Origin: an uncultured bacterium
Lineage (GTDB): Bacteria > JAJVIF01 > JAPKYR01
Length of the DNA stretch: 64,000 nt
Reading direction: 5' to 3'
Assembly: GCA_965369865.1 (NCBI GenBank)
Contig: CBDURU010000001.1
Coordinates: 48,406-112,405 of the forward strand
Part shown: positions 10,335-20,103 of the stretch, in pieces
How the letters are laid out: the number at the start of each line of letters is the position of its first letter
Numbering within the stretch: position 1 is the stretch's first letter
Translations under genes and position numbers: made by a program
The notes under the pieces: generated by a model
Seen by the model: the letters and a program-made list of their open reading frames with translations, nothing else
The model's database searches: none
Told to the model about the DNA's origin: nothing

Positions 10335-11600
10335 TTAAATTAATCTCCCCTCGACCGCGCACCTTAAGCAATCATCCAATCTCCGAAATCCGGTTTTGCA
10401 CCCGATCAGGTCGCCGACATATCTCGCCATCTTGGCTGAATCGGTCACCATCGCTTCGATCTGCGGCACCTTCAATCCGAATTCATTGCACGTCGAAATC
10501 CTCATATGGCTCTCGACAGGACATGTATCGGTTATCACGAGACCTCCGGCAGCTTCGATCGTCGATGTGAACCCTTGCCATGTCGCGAGCTGTTTTATCA
10601 TTCTACTTGTTGTGACCCACATTCGAACATCCGGATGCACATTAACGTCATTTTCCCGGAACCATTCAGCGACATAACGAATTTGATCCAAGTTGTAATG
10701 AGGACAGCCGATCTCGACAAAATCGATTTTTTCTCCTGTCTCGATATTCGTCATTTTATCGTATGCGTTTTTTATGTCATCGAGGGTTACTACGTGAGTT
10801 TCTTTCGGCTCAGAATCCTGGAATGCTTCCTCTAAAGAATTCACCTCGGCAGTATGTGGCGGTGCATGGAAAAGCGTCACCGATCCCGATGTTGCCAGCG
10901 CAGCTCCGAGTGCCAATAGGTTGGTCTCGGTCGGAATTCCCAGATTATCAAACACCGGGACCTCGCTTCCCACAATATTCCCTGCGTGAAATCCAAGGGC
11001 GGAGTAATCGGAATCATCACGAAGTTCATCCGGAGTCAAATTTACATTGAACAGGTGCGTACCCTTCCTGTTCTCATCGAGAAGGTAACCCATCAACGGA
11101 TATTTCCCGGTCACCGCGGAATAGCGTGTAAAAACCCCTCCTCGGTTGGTCCTGGCCCCGAGCACGGAGTTGTAATAAATTATCGCCGACGATTCTACCG
11201 AAATAATATTCGAACGCTTTGGCGGGATAAATCCGCATAGCTGTGGAGTGCAGGTGTAGGTTCCGCAGATTCCCATTTTTTTATGGGCGTCGACCACCTG
11301 GCTCTGGAGTTTGTAAATCGGTTCCGGAACGCCGCATTTATTCCATTGTTCGAGGTCACAGGCGAGTGTGGAGGTCGCGGTCGGGACTTTTACTTTCGCT
11401 CCGGTTTCGGCGTATTCGACAACATCCTCGACACTTCCCTTGTATATCGACATCTCGGCAGGATAAAAAGCATATGTGACATCGATGAATTTCTCCGCCT
11501 CGAATGCATCACCGAACTGCACGAGGTAATCCATTGCCTTCGCGATGGGATCGCCGTAGACTCCATCGAGCATTTTCTTTTCTTCGTCAGTGAGTTTCAT
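10335..11600 (-). CDS. Aconitase X catalytic-domain protein (AcnX large subunit, DUF521-type)
   Basis: The N-terminus MKLTDEEKKMLDG..G......AM..LV..G is the characteristic DUF521 start. It is 421 aa and paired with the swivel-domain gene. Confidence 0.7.
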   Translation of the reverse strand: MKLTDEEKKMLDGVYGDPIAKAMDYLVQFGDAFEAEKFIDVTYAFYPAEMSIYKGSVEDVVEYAETGAKVKVPTATSTLACDLEQWNKCGVPEPIYKLQSQVVDAHKKMGICGTYTCTPQLCGFIPPKRSNIISVESSAIIYYNSVLGARTNRGGVFTRYSAVTGKYPLMGYLLDENRKGTHLFNVNLTPDELRDDSDYSALGFHAGNIVGSEVPVFDNLGIPTETNLLALGAALATSGSVTLFHAPPHTAEVNSLEEAFQDSEPKETHVVTLDDIKNAYDKMTNIETGEKIDFVEIGCPHYNLDQIRYVAEWFRENDVNVHPDVRMWVTTSRMIKQLATWQGFTSTIEAAGGLVITDTCPVESHMRISTCNEFGLKVPQIEAMVTDSAKMARYVGDLIGCKTGFRRLDDCLRCAVEGRLI

Positions 11601-11692
11601 TTTAATAGTTCATGGCCCGGAGTGCCATGGAGCGGGAAATCATGCGCCGGAGTCACATGCCACAGTCACATGCCACAGTCGCATGCCACAAT

Positions 11693-13465
11693 TTACTCCA
11701 CCGTCATTATAATCTTTGACCTGTATCCTTCACAGTGATAAACCCGGTTCTGAGCAATTACTGTTTTTATTGCCGAACCCGGTGGGTCGAGTGTATTCGT
11801 ATGCGGTGCGAATTTCGGGACAGCGGACGATGCAACTTCCAGGCGGAGACGATGGCCTTTGAGAATTCGCACACCTGTCGCCCACATGTCGATTTTTACA
11901 TTCACTATCTCACCCGGACGGACAGGTTCCTGCTTCTCAAGTGAGTTTCTTAATGCAAGCCGAATATTTCCATCGTTCAACTGCCTTGATAAACCATCCG
12001 GATGCACATCGCAGAGTTTCGCGCAGAATTCGGTGTCTTCGGCAGATGATTTCACCCACAGGTCAGCCCACAATCGCCCGCAAATTACCAGGTCTTTTTC
12101 GAAAATATCCGACGTGTAACACAATACATCGTCACGCTCCTCAACCGGACGCGCATCGAATGGACCTCCGATCTGGAGCGACGCCGCGTCCATTAAATAT
12201 GGAGTCGGATTATCCGGATCGTAGGTGTATTCATCGTATGGGGTCAGGTCTTTATCAGGTATGTCAGTCTCATCAACCATGATATCCATCAGCTTTCCAT
12301 CACCATCGAGAGTGTTCGCTTTCCCACCGGAATAAAGATAAAAAATCCGTTCTTTAAAATCCGACGGCGGCCAGTCATCATGCTCAACCCAGACATTCGA
12401 TCCCATCTCGAATAATTGGCAGCGTTTCCGATCGCCCCAGTTTTCAGGTTTCCCGCACATGACCTTATCGAGCCAGTCCATGATGAAACCGTTCAGGTCG
12501 ATGATCTCATCCGGCCCGAAATCCACACCCTCTATGACAGAATTTGTATTCGTCGCGTGCGGCCACGGCCCAATCAGGAGATATTGTACGTCCTTCGATT
12601 TTGCAAGTACCCTCGCGTTCGGGAAATTGTTGTAGGTCGAAGGGCCGTCGTCATCGTACCAGCCGCAGATATGTAGCGCCGGTATATCGAGTTCGTCCAT
12701 CCGGTGCATGTAACATGCGGGTTTCCAGTAATCGTCTTTCAGATGATGGTCCATCCAGTCACGCCATGGTTTAGATTCAAACCCGACCTGTTCATCAATC
12801 CGGTTCAGCGGGCGGAAACCATACAGAGGTTCCCAGTCGTACTGCTCCACATGCTGGTTCGTGCGACCGTGCACCATCATCGCCCAGACGATCATGTTCC
12901 ACATCACCGATCCGTTCTGCCACGGGACATTCACGACCGGATCGGGAAGCGCGACAATCGGCACGATCGCTTTGACCGCGGGATGATGGCCGAATGTCTG
13001 TACCCAGACCGAATAGCCTTCATAAGACCTTCCCAGAAGTGCGATGCTGCCATCGCAGAAATCCTGCTCCGCAAGCCACTTCTGGGCGGCAAGACCATCG
13101 CGGGCCTCGTTGAAAAACGGTTCCCATTCGCCTCCCGAATCGTATCGTCCTCTCACATCCTGGATCGCGACAGCGTATCCGTTCGACGCGAACTCCCTGC
13201 ATAACGGAATTTTTTTAACTGGATCGTTGTTATTGTATGGAGTCCTTATGAGAATACAGGGAAACGGCCCGCCAGTATCGGGTAGATAGACATCGGTTGA
13301 GAGGCGTATCCCATCATCCGCGGGACATCCGAGATCGAGGAGAACTTTGATATCGTTAATTGGTCGCTTGGACACGGCAACACTCCGGAGAAAGGATTGC
13401 TTAAGGCTATGATTGTAGTGGATGAGGGGTACCGGGGCAAGGTTGGTGACGATCCCGATCATCAT
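11693..13465 (-). CDS. CocE/NonD-family hydrolase (X-Pro dipeptidyl-peptidase S15-like)
   Basis: Motifs are IRTPYNNND, GYAVAIQDVRGRYDSGGEW, GRSYEGY (nucleophile-elbow context) and a C-terminal beta-sandwich region. The start is set at the ATG at 13465 because GGAAGGAAG lies just upstream. The track ORF extends to 13498. Confidence 0.75.
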   Translation of the reverse strand: MMIGIVTNLAPVPLIHYNHSLKQSFLRSVAVSKRPINDIKVLLDLGCPADDGIRLSTDVYLPDTGGPFPCILIRTPYNNNDPVKKIPLCREFASNGYAVAIQDVRGRYDSGGEWEPFFNEARDGLAAQKWLAEQDFCDGSIALLGRSYEGYSVWVQTFGHHPAVKAIVPIVALPDPVVNVPWQNGSVMWNMIVWAMMVHGRTNQHVEQYDWEPLYGFRPLNRIDEQVGFESKPWRDWMDHHLKDDYWKPACYMHRMDELDIPALHICGWYDDDGPSTYNNFPNARVLAKSKDVQYLLIGPWPHATNTNSVIEGVDFGPDEIIDLNGFIMDWLDKVMCGKPENWGDRKRCQLFEMGSNVWVEHDDWPPSDFKERIFYLYSGGKANTLDGDGKLMDIMVDETDIPDKDLTPYDEYTYDPDNPTPYLMDAASLQIGGPFDARPVEERDDVLCYTSDIFEKDLVICGRLWADLWVKSSAEDTEFCAKLCDVHPDGLSRQLNDGNIRLALRNSLEKQEPVRPGEIVNVKIDMWATGVRILKGHRLRLEVASSAVPKFAPHTNTLDPPGSAIKTVIAQNRVYHCEGYRSKIIMTVE

Positions 13466-13762
13466 CTTCCTTCCTGGTGGATGACAACGCGCAGGCACAT
13501 CGGTCGTTCACCAGGAAGCAGTGCTTGATTGTCGGCGACCTTCAACATTGCCTAACTGGTCACATCGATGCCGTCGAGGAGTACATTCCGGGTGTTCGCA
13601 TCGTGTATGTTATCCATCGCTTCGATTGCCAGGTTCGCCCCCTCGGCGATGGTTCCCACAGTCTAATACCAATTTTAGATTCAGGGACACCTTTCCATGA
13701 ATTCAAAGCGTATAAGACCAATACCGTTAAATAAAAATTGATTGGACATATTTAGAATTTAG

Positions 13763-13802
13763 GGGGACACCTGCTTTTCGACAGGCGAAAAGAGGTGTCC
13801 CC
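13763..13802. other. Long near-perfect stem-loop (10 bp + 7 bp arms, 5-nt loop); a possible terminator of the hydrogenase operon or part of a repeated intergenic element
   Basis: GGGGACACCT-g-CTTTTCG-acagg-CGAAAAG-AGGTGTCCCC was read directly. It lies 117 nt downstream of the minus-strand protease gene. No clear U-run follows on either strand. Confidence 0.4.
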
Positions 13803-13918
13803 GATATTAGATTTACGTCGGCAAGCACGTTCGACCCGAAGATTTTCAAGGCGTGCGGGATGGAGATGTCTTACTGAGCAGGTTTGCGATCAATGAGTGT
13901 TCGTGTATTTCTCTGACC

Positions 13919-14401
13919 TCATTCTTGTGGGCATTTACGGAGGTCTCGAATCTCGCTCAGGATGCGGCTCGTGATGATCCCGACAGCGGTCTCGACCTCC
14001 GGGGACAGGCCTTCTCCCATATTAAAATCCTTCCCTTCAACACCATAAACGATTACCCTTCGCGGAAGCTGGCCCAGTGCGCGAGCGAAACCTATTGCCT
14101 CAGGGATGCTGAAAGCGTGGGTTGAGCATCGAAAGCTGTCAACCGGAATCTCCTCCTGAATCGCATCGAACCGGAATAGGTGCCCCGCGTCCGCGCTTGA
14201 GCGCACTGCATCGACGAGGATTACCGTGTCGGCGTTACCTAACAGTTCGATCAGTGTTGCCACTTCGCCATGGTTTTCATAAACCCGAACATCTTCGGGT
14301 GCTCGTTCACTTATCTCCCGGGCAATGACAAGCCCTACCGAGTCATCTCTGCGATGAGGATTCCCGACACCAATCACAAGAAGCCTACTGTCGTTATCCA
14401 T
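13919..14401 (-). CDS. [NiFe] hydrogenase maturation endopeptidase (HyaD/HybD/FrhD family)
   Basis: It has LVIGVGNPHRRDDSVGLVIA at the N-terminus, is 160 aa, and is the last gene of the hydrogenase operon. Confidence 0.85.
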   Translation of the reverse strand: MDNDSRLLVIGVGNPHRRDDSVGLVIAREISERAPEDVRVYENHGEVATLIELLGNADTVILVDAVRSSADAGHLFRFDAIQEEIPVDSFRCSTHAFSIPEAIGFARALGQLPRRVIVYGVEGKDFNMGEGLSPEVETAVGIITSRILSEIRDLRKCPQE

Positions 14402-14422
14402 GACAAGAATGGTACTATGGCT

Positions 14423-15712
14423 CTATTCGCGGTCTACTTTGAGGTTCAGGAAGTGGCACGAGCATGAGATGCACGGGTCGTAGTTGCGAATCAGCTGTTC
14501 ACACTGCCATTGGAGTTTGTCATCGGGCAAATTGATATTTTCCTCCACAAAATTCCGGAGGTCACTCTCAATCATCCCCTGGTTCTGAGAGGTGGGCGGG
14601 ATGATTTTAGCGTCGAGAATAATGCCTTTGTCATCGATCTTATAGCGATGGTAACAGGTTCCGCGTGGTGCTTCGGAGACGCCGTAGCCAACGCCCGCCC
14701 GGGGCGGGACATCGACGAAGGGTTTATCCGGCACCTCGTAATCCTCGATTATCCTTAAGCTCTCCTGAAGTGCGTACAGGCATTCCACGCTGCGAGCGAT
14801 TATGCTTTTGAATGGGTTGCCGCACACCGGTTCAAGGCCCGCCTTGGCAGCAAAGTCACGGGCTGTTGGGGTGAGCAGGTTGTAACAAAGATTGAAACGG
14901 GCAAGGGGACCTACATGGTAAATCCCATGCCCCTTGCGGATGCAATGCAGCGATGTGCTGTGCTCGACATGCTCCTCCTGGAAGTTGTCCTCAAACTTGT
15001 TAATCTCAGCAACGAGACCCTTGTTGGAAACTATCCAACCTTCATTGAACGGATACTCGTCTGGATGGCGCATGCACACAAACTCGTAATCCTGTTCGAA
15101 GTCTGGAAAGGGCAGAGAACCGGTCCAGAGAACGGTTTTCTTAGCTTCCTCAATTGCCCAATTTATCCTTTCCCTGAGAGGCTCGAGGTCCTTTTTCACC
15201 GGAACTTTGTAGAAACCGCCCACGCGAGGACTGATCGGGTGGATTTCCCTTCCGCCCAGGAGGATACAGATCTCGTTCCCCAGCTTTTTTAATTGCAAAC
15301 CGCGCTGGACAACTTCGGGGTGATCCTTGGCCATCTGGATCGCATCCTGGTAACCGAGGAAGTCGGGAGCGTGGAGCATGAAGATGTGCAGGTAGTGGCT
15401 TTCCAGCCACTCACCGCACACCAGAAGCCTGCGAAGCTCCCTGATGGGTCCCTCAACCGTGACCCCGCAAGCGTCTTCCATTGCCTGTGACGAGGCCATC
15501 TGGTACGTGACGGGACAGATGCCGCAGATTCGGGCGGTGATGTCGGGAGCTTCGGTATACTTACGGCCGCGCAGGAACCCCTCGAAGAACCTTGGCGCCT
15601 CGAAAATTTTCAGTTTGACGTCTTTGACAATATTGTCCTTGATTTTTATATACAAGGAGCCTTCACCTTCGACGCGTGCGAGGTAGTCCACCTTTATCGT
15701 TCTACTTTTCAT
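14423..15712 (-). CDS. [NiFe] hydrogenase large (alpha) subunit, group 3b-like
   Basis: The N-terminal Ni-binding motif is [10 protein letters not shown] and the C-terminal motif is DPCISCSCH. The start is set at the ATG at 15712 ([18 protein letters not shown]), giving an 11-nt overlap with the small-subunit stop. The track ORF extends to 15796. Confidence 0.9.
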   Translation of the reverse strand: MKSRTIKVDYLARVEGEGSLYIKIKDNIVKDVKLKIFEAPRFFEGFLRGRKYTEAPDITARICGICPVTYQMASSQAMEDACGVTVEGPIRELRRLLVCGEWLESHYLHIFMLHAPDFLGYQDAIQMAKDHPEVVQRGLQLKKLGNEICILLGGREIHPISPRVGGFYKVPVKKDLEPLRERINWAIEEAKKTVLWTGSLPFPDFEQDYEFVCMRHPDEYPFNEGWIVSNKGLVAEINKFEDNFQEEHVEHSTSLHCIRKGHGIYHVGPLARFNLCYNLLTPTARDFAAKAGLEPVCGNPFKSIIARSVECLYALQESLRIIEDYEVPDKPFVDVPPRAGVGYGVSEAPRGTCYHRYKIDDKGIILDAKIIPPTSQNQGMIESDLRNFVEENINLPDDKLQWQCEQLIRNYDPCISCSCHFLNLKVDRE

Positions 15713-16481
15713 ACGCTTCACTCTCCTTGCGGAAGGCATCAGCATAGGCGTTGAAGGTGCGGAAACTCCGCATAATGTCGCCACCCGAGACACCAAGCTT
15801 CTCCCATCTTTTGCTCAACGAGCTGGTGTTGGGTGTCTCTTTCGGACCGAAACAACCATAACAACCACGGTTATAGGCCGGACAGATAGCCCCGCACCCG
15901 GCTTGAGTGACGGGACCGAGGCATGGAGTGCCATGTGCGACCATCACGCAGGTAATTCCTTTCATCTTGCACTCCATACATACACTGTACCGTGGAATAT
16001 TCGGCTTGCGATCGTTGAGGTAAGCGCTTAACAGCTCAACGAGTTGGTATTTATTGATCGGGCAGCCTCGCAATTCGAAGTCAACATGAACGTGATCGGA
16101 AATGGGAGTCGACTTGCTTAGTGTTTCGATGTACTCCGGGACAGCATAAACAATCGACACAAAATCCTGAACATCTTTGAAGTTACGCAGGGCTTGAATT
16201 CCACCGGCAGTGGCACAGGCGCCAATAGTCACGAGGAGCTTGGACTTGCGGCGAATCTTGTGAATGTGCTCAGCATCGTGTGGTGTTGTTATTGAACCCT
16301 CAACCAGTGAGATATCATATGGCCCTTTTACTTCTGCACGAGTCGCCTCCGGGAAATACGCGAAAATGACCTCGCCGGCTACTGCTAGGAGTTCATCCTC
16401 GCAGTCCAAAAGGCTAAGCTGGCAACCGTCGCAGGATGCGAACTTCCAGACCGCGAGTTTAGGTTTTGCCCTTCGTGCCAT
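15702..16481 (-). CDS. [NiFe] hydrogenase small (delta) subunit, group 3-type
   Basis: It has the [12 protein letters not shown] motif, a short (~260 aa) small subunit with no Tat signal, and Cys-rich C-terminal clusters. Confidence 0.85.
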   Translation of the reverse strand: MARRAKPKLAVWKFASCDGCQLSLLDCEDELLAVAGEVIFAYFPEATRAEVKGPYDISLVEGSITTPHDAEHIHKIRRKSKLLVTIGACATAGGIQALRNFKDVQDFVSIVYAVPEYIETLSKSTPISDHVHVDFELRGCPINKYQLVELLSAYLNDRKPNIPRYSVCMECKMKGITCVMVAHGTPCLGPVTQAGCGAICPAYNRGCYGCFGPKETPNTSSLSKRWEKLGVSGGDIMRSFRTFNAYADAFRKESEAYEK

Positions 16482-16482
16482 G

Positions 16483-17322
16483 TCAGATTTCTCTCCTTTC
16501 GAAGAATTCCCTTATCTCTCCCATGCAGAAAATCGGGCCATCCTTGCATATGAAATACGGTCCGAACTGACAGTGACCACAGTGACCGATCCCGCATTTC
16601 ATATTGCGTTCCATTGAAATGTAAATATTCTCATCATCAACTCCTCGCTTCTGCAGCTCGAGGAGCGTATAACGCATCATGACTTCAGGGCCGCAAATGA
16701 AGGCGGTGGTGCTGTAGGGGTCGAATAGTGCGTTAGGAATCAAGGCGGTCACCAATGCCACATTACCATGCCAATCGGCCCGAGCGGTATCGACGGTAAC
16801 TCTAACATCGAGGTCAAACCGCCCACGCCAGTGTTCGAGTTGCTTCCTATACAGCATCTCGCCGGGTGACCTTGCACCGTAGAGCAGGATGATTTTCCCG
16901 TACTTCTCGCGGTTAGCAAGCAGGTGGTAGATCGCCGGGCGTAAGGGTGCCAGACCGATGCCCCCTGTTACCATGACGATATCGTTCCCTTCAGCCTGCT
17001 CGAGCGGCCAGCCGGTTCCGAATGGACCGCGAACCCCAATGACACTTCCAGGATCTAACTTGCACAGCGAATTAGTCACCGCGCCAACAGCTCGAATGGT
17101 ATGTACCAGCTTCTCTGGTGTAGCCGGGTCGCTACTAATTGATATTGGGACTTCTCCTTTGCCAAAGGCATAAAGCATATTGAACTGCCCCGGGGTAAAG
17201 GAGGTTATTGTCTTTTTCGATGCGGATTCGATATCAAGGACAAAGGTATCGTGCGTCTCCCGCTTAATCTTCAGGACACGGTATTGAATAGTTACCATTG
17301 GCTCTGTCATGATTTCGGCCAT
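16483..17322 (-). CDS. Hydrogenase gamma subunit (FAD/NAD(P)-binding oxidoreductase with C-terminal Fe-S cluster; HydG/AsrB-like)
   Basis: It has a ferredoxin-reductase-type fold ([17 protein letters not shown]) and a C-terminal [10 protein letters not shown]...C cluster motif. Confidence 0.8.
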   Translation of the reverse strand: MAEIMTEPMVTIQYRVLKIKRETHDTFVLDIESASKKTITSFTPGQFNMLYAFGKGEVPISISSDPATPEKLVHTIRAVGAVTNSLCKLDPGSVIGVRGPFGTGWPLEQAEGNDIVMVTGGIGLAPLRPAIYHLLANREKYGKIILLYGARSPGEMLYRKQLEHWRGRFDLDVRVTVDTARADWHGNVALVTALIPNALFDPYSTTAFICGPEVMMRYTLLELQKRGVDDENIYISMERNMKCGIGHCGHCQFGPYFICKDGPIFCMGEIREFFERREI

Positions 17323-17335
17323 TTGTTACCACCTT

Positions 17336-17797
17336 TCAGGAGTGATCTCCGTAGATATCCAATAACTGCATTCTGGTTGCTTCGATCAGCTTGGACATCA
17401 TCTGGGAAGTTCGTTTCAGGAGCTCATAACCCATTTGATGGTTTTCTTCACATATCTCGCGTAAACGCAACCCGTCGACACAGATGGTTCGAGTCAATTC
17501 AATTGCTCTGACATCAAAACGGCACTGGTAAGGTGGAATCAGCCAGCAGTAACCCAGGACCTCGTTTTCACCGAGGGTTGAAACTATAATTGGGTCACGG
17601 TCGGGCGTGAAAACCTCAACTGCCACCTTGCCAAATAGAATCAGAAAGAAACAGGTGCCCGGGTCATCCTCGCGCATCAGGAAGTCACCGAGATTGTAGT
17701 TTATCCTCGTGCTGTGTTCAGCGATGGCTTCAATTTGTTGCGGCTCAAGACCGTTAAAGAACTGGTGTTCTGACAGGATGTTTATGATTTGATCCAA
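17336..17797 (-). CDS. Stand-alone cyclic-nucleotide-binding (Crp-effector-like) domain protein
   Basis: It is a 153-aa paralog of the C-terminus of the upstream gene (FFLILFGKVAVE..LGENEVLGYCWLIPPY..RAIELT..ATRMQLLDIYGDHS versus FYLIRFGTVAIE..IGEGELLGWSWFIPPY..RAVELT..ATRMQLLDVYGDHT). Confidence 0.75.
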   Translation of the reverse strand: MDQIINILSEHQFFNGLEPQQIEAIAEHSTRINYNLGDFLMREDDPGTCFFLILFGKVAVEVFTPDRDPIIVSTLGENEVLGYCWLIPPYQCRFDVRAIELTRTICVDGLRLREICEENHQMGYELLKRTSQMMSKLIEATRMQLLDIYGDHS

Positions 17798-17887
17798 CGG
17801 AATCCTCCTTTCAAAGTCTCATCTGCAAGATGCTTTTTCAACATTGTGTGGGTTTGTATGATGAGTAAGGATGTTATTACTGGTCTT

Positions 17888-19516
17888 TCATGTGTGGTCT
17901 CCGTAGACATCAAGTAGCTGCATTCTGGTTGCTTCCATCCGCTGCCCGATTACCTCAGAGATGTATCTGTTTATAAGGTAACCCAGGTGAGGATCCTTAT
18001 CGCATTCTTCCCTAAGCAGCTGGGCTTCCACAGCAATCGCTCTGGTGAGCTCAACAGCCCGGGCATCGAAATGCCACTTGTACGGGGGAATGAACCAAGA
18101 CCAGCCAAGCAATTCTCCCTCACCGATGGTTTGTACGATTATTGCACCACGCTCCGGTGCGAAGGTCTCTATTGCCACCGTGCCAAACCGGATCAGGTAG
18201 AAGCGATCGGCATCTTCTCCCGCGCGAATTATAAACTCGCCCGGGTTGAACCGTACTATTGACGAGCATTCTGTAATCAGGTCAAGGTATTCATCGCCTA
18301 AATCCCTGATTATTGGGTGTTCCGCCAGCATGCGCCTTACTGTTTCGAAACTCTTGTCCCTGCTTAGAACACAGGTCTTGCAGACAGGTTCGACCCATTG
18401 GATAGCCCGGACTTCCTCAGTGATGTCAATTCCAGCGGGGCACCAGGTTATACAGCGACCGCACCCAACACATCCTAAGGTGCCGAATTGATCCTGCCAT
18501 GTAGCCAGTTTGTGAGTCAGCCACTGACGATACCTGGACTTTGAGGACGTGCGCGTACTTCCTCCGTGTATGAAAGCGAAATCAACTGTGAAACAAGAAT
18601 CCCATCGTCGTATGCGCTCGGCAACCTGGCCTTTCAGATCGGTAATGTCCTCTGTAGTATTACAGAAACAGGTCGGGCAGACCATCGTGCAGTTCCCGCA
18701 GCTTAAGCACCGCTCTGCAACATCGTCCCAACGCCCATGCTCATAATTGTTATATAGCAAGTCTTTCAGGTTGGTTGTGTCCAATGTGCGGCCCATTTCT
18801 CCAATGGCTTTTTCGGTTAGCTGCTCCGCCGCCTGGTTCTCCGCTTCGCCTGCAGGACGGATTGGTACATCTTTTAATACTTTCGTACCCGCTTCGTTGC
18901 CGATCTCGACCAGGAAATAATGATGTTCCTTTTCCAATATCTCTGTAAGCGCAAGATCGAATCCCGACTTGGCCCTGGGTCCCGTATCCATTGATGCGCA
19001 AAAACAAGTGCCGCCAGGTTGTGTACAGTTCACTACGACAATTAATGCGTTTCCCCGTATTGATTCATAGATCTGGTCCTTGTAATCCCCGCTTGTGAAT
19101 ATCTTATCGTGAATTTCTATCGCATGAAGGTCGCAGGGGCGGACACCTATAAATGCATACTTGGGAACCTCTCCGTTCCCATGGATGAGATGAAATCCAT
19201 TACCTTTACGTTTTGCTTCCCATAAACTGGCAGTTGGAGGATGGAGAAACTGCTTCCAGGAATGCTGACCAACCGCGTAACCAAAAAACGCACCATCTTC
19301 TCGCTTTTCAAGACGATATGTGCCTGTATCCTGATTGTCAGTCATACCGATGGGAAGGTCGCTGATCGAGTTCAACTCACCATACACTATTGCCTCATCA
19401 CGGACTGTTGGGCCCACCACGGAATAGCCCATGTTGAGCAGGTTGTTGAGGAGATGCTGAAGGTCGCCAGCGTCCAGAACATAGGTTTCTCCAAGTTGAA
19501 TTGCTTGTTCTTCCAT
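17888..19516 (-). CDS. HydB/AsrA-like 4Fe-4S subunit fused to a C-terminal cyclic-nucleotide-binding domain
   Basis: It has two ferredoxin-type motifs, CLSCGNCTMVCPTCFC and CVGCGRCITWCPAGIDI. The last ~150 aa are a cNMP-binding-like beta-barrel. It is the first gene of the hydrogenase operon. Confidence 0.8.
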   Translation of the reverse strand: MEEQAIQLGETYVLDAGDLQHLLNNLLNMGYSVVGPTVRDEAIVYGELNSISDLPIGMTDNQDTGTYRLEKREDGAFFGYAVGQHSWKQFLHPPTASLWEAKRKGNGFHLIHGNGEVPKYAFIGVRPCDLHAIEIHDKIFTSGDYKDQIYESIRGNALIVVVNCTQPGGTCFCASMDTGPRAKSGFDLALTEILEKEHHYFLVEIGNEAGTKVLKDVPIRPAGEAENQAAEQLTEKAIGEMGRTLDTTNLKDLLYNNYEHGRWDDVAERCLSCGNCTMVCPTCFCNTTEDITDLKGQVAERIRRWDSCFTVDFAFIHGGSTRTSSKSRYRQWLTHKLATWQDQFGTLGCVGCGRCITWCPAGIDITEEVRAIQWVEPVCKTCVLSRDKSFETVRRMLAEHPIIRDLGDEYLDLITECSSIVRFNPGEFIIRAGEDADRFYLIRFGTVAIETFAPERGAIIVQTIGEGELLGWSWFIPPYKWHFDARAVELTRAIAVEAQLLREECDKDPHLGYLINRYISEVIGQRMEATRMQLLDVYGDHT

Positions 19517-20103
19517 TCACATACTCCTCCCAAACCATATCCTGTGATAATTAAAGTTGAATTCCGGTTCAATAAAATTTTTACAGTTCAAAACCTGGCA
19601 CTAACACGGTAACAATTGAACCATGATGAAACGCTGTCAGGTTGATAAAATAATCCCCCTGGGAGCTTTGGAGGCATGAAATAAGGCTAAAAAATCCCAG
19701 CCATTTCCTGATGCTGGGCAGCCCCCGTATGTACCCAATTTTCAAACTTCTTTGCAGCCTTACCCCTTAATTAGGAACATTACTCCAGGTTTTAAGCCTT
19801 GTCAATGGCTGGCTTGAGATTTTTTTCACAAAAAATCCACTTCGTGTCACATTTCTCAAGGGCTACGATTGTTAAGTAAAACTACTGAATCCAGGTTCAA
19901 TTACGATCTTCACAAGCAATGGAAGTTCACGTTTTTCATCCATGGATAAGGTTTGAGTCGCGTGGGTTTGTACCCACCGGAGATTGATGTATAATATTGA
20001 CCCCAGTAGAGTTGGCATTTGGGATCAAAATTCAGGAAAAGTATAATTAGAGTCTGACGGTATACAGCCTTCTTCAGGTTGCTAATTAGAAGAGGACAAT
20101 ACC

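Noticed and set aside
9889-11600. The AcnX subunits, considered as phosphomevalonate dehydratase of the archaeal modified mevalonate pathway
   Set aside because: The contig is bacterial (tRNA-Gln type, lipoproteins, Nuo) and encodes IspE of the MEP pathway. A bacterial-type AcnX role (for example hydroxyproline dehydratase) is more plausible, though unproven.
13822-13844. The core CAAGCACGTTCGACCC, considered as a tRNA 3'-end fragment (att site) because of GTTCGA
   Set aside because: The flanking bases cannot form a 5-bp T-stem (GCACG versus CTAAG). There is no acceptor-stem continuation and no similarity to the tRNA-Gln in the window.
14423-15796. The long N-terminal extension of the hydrogenase large-subunit ORF, which overlaps the small subunit by 95 nt
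   Set aside because: The extension ([15 protein letters not shown]...) has no homology context. The internal ATG at 15712 yields the canonical [18 protein letters not shown] start.
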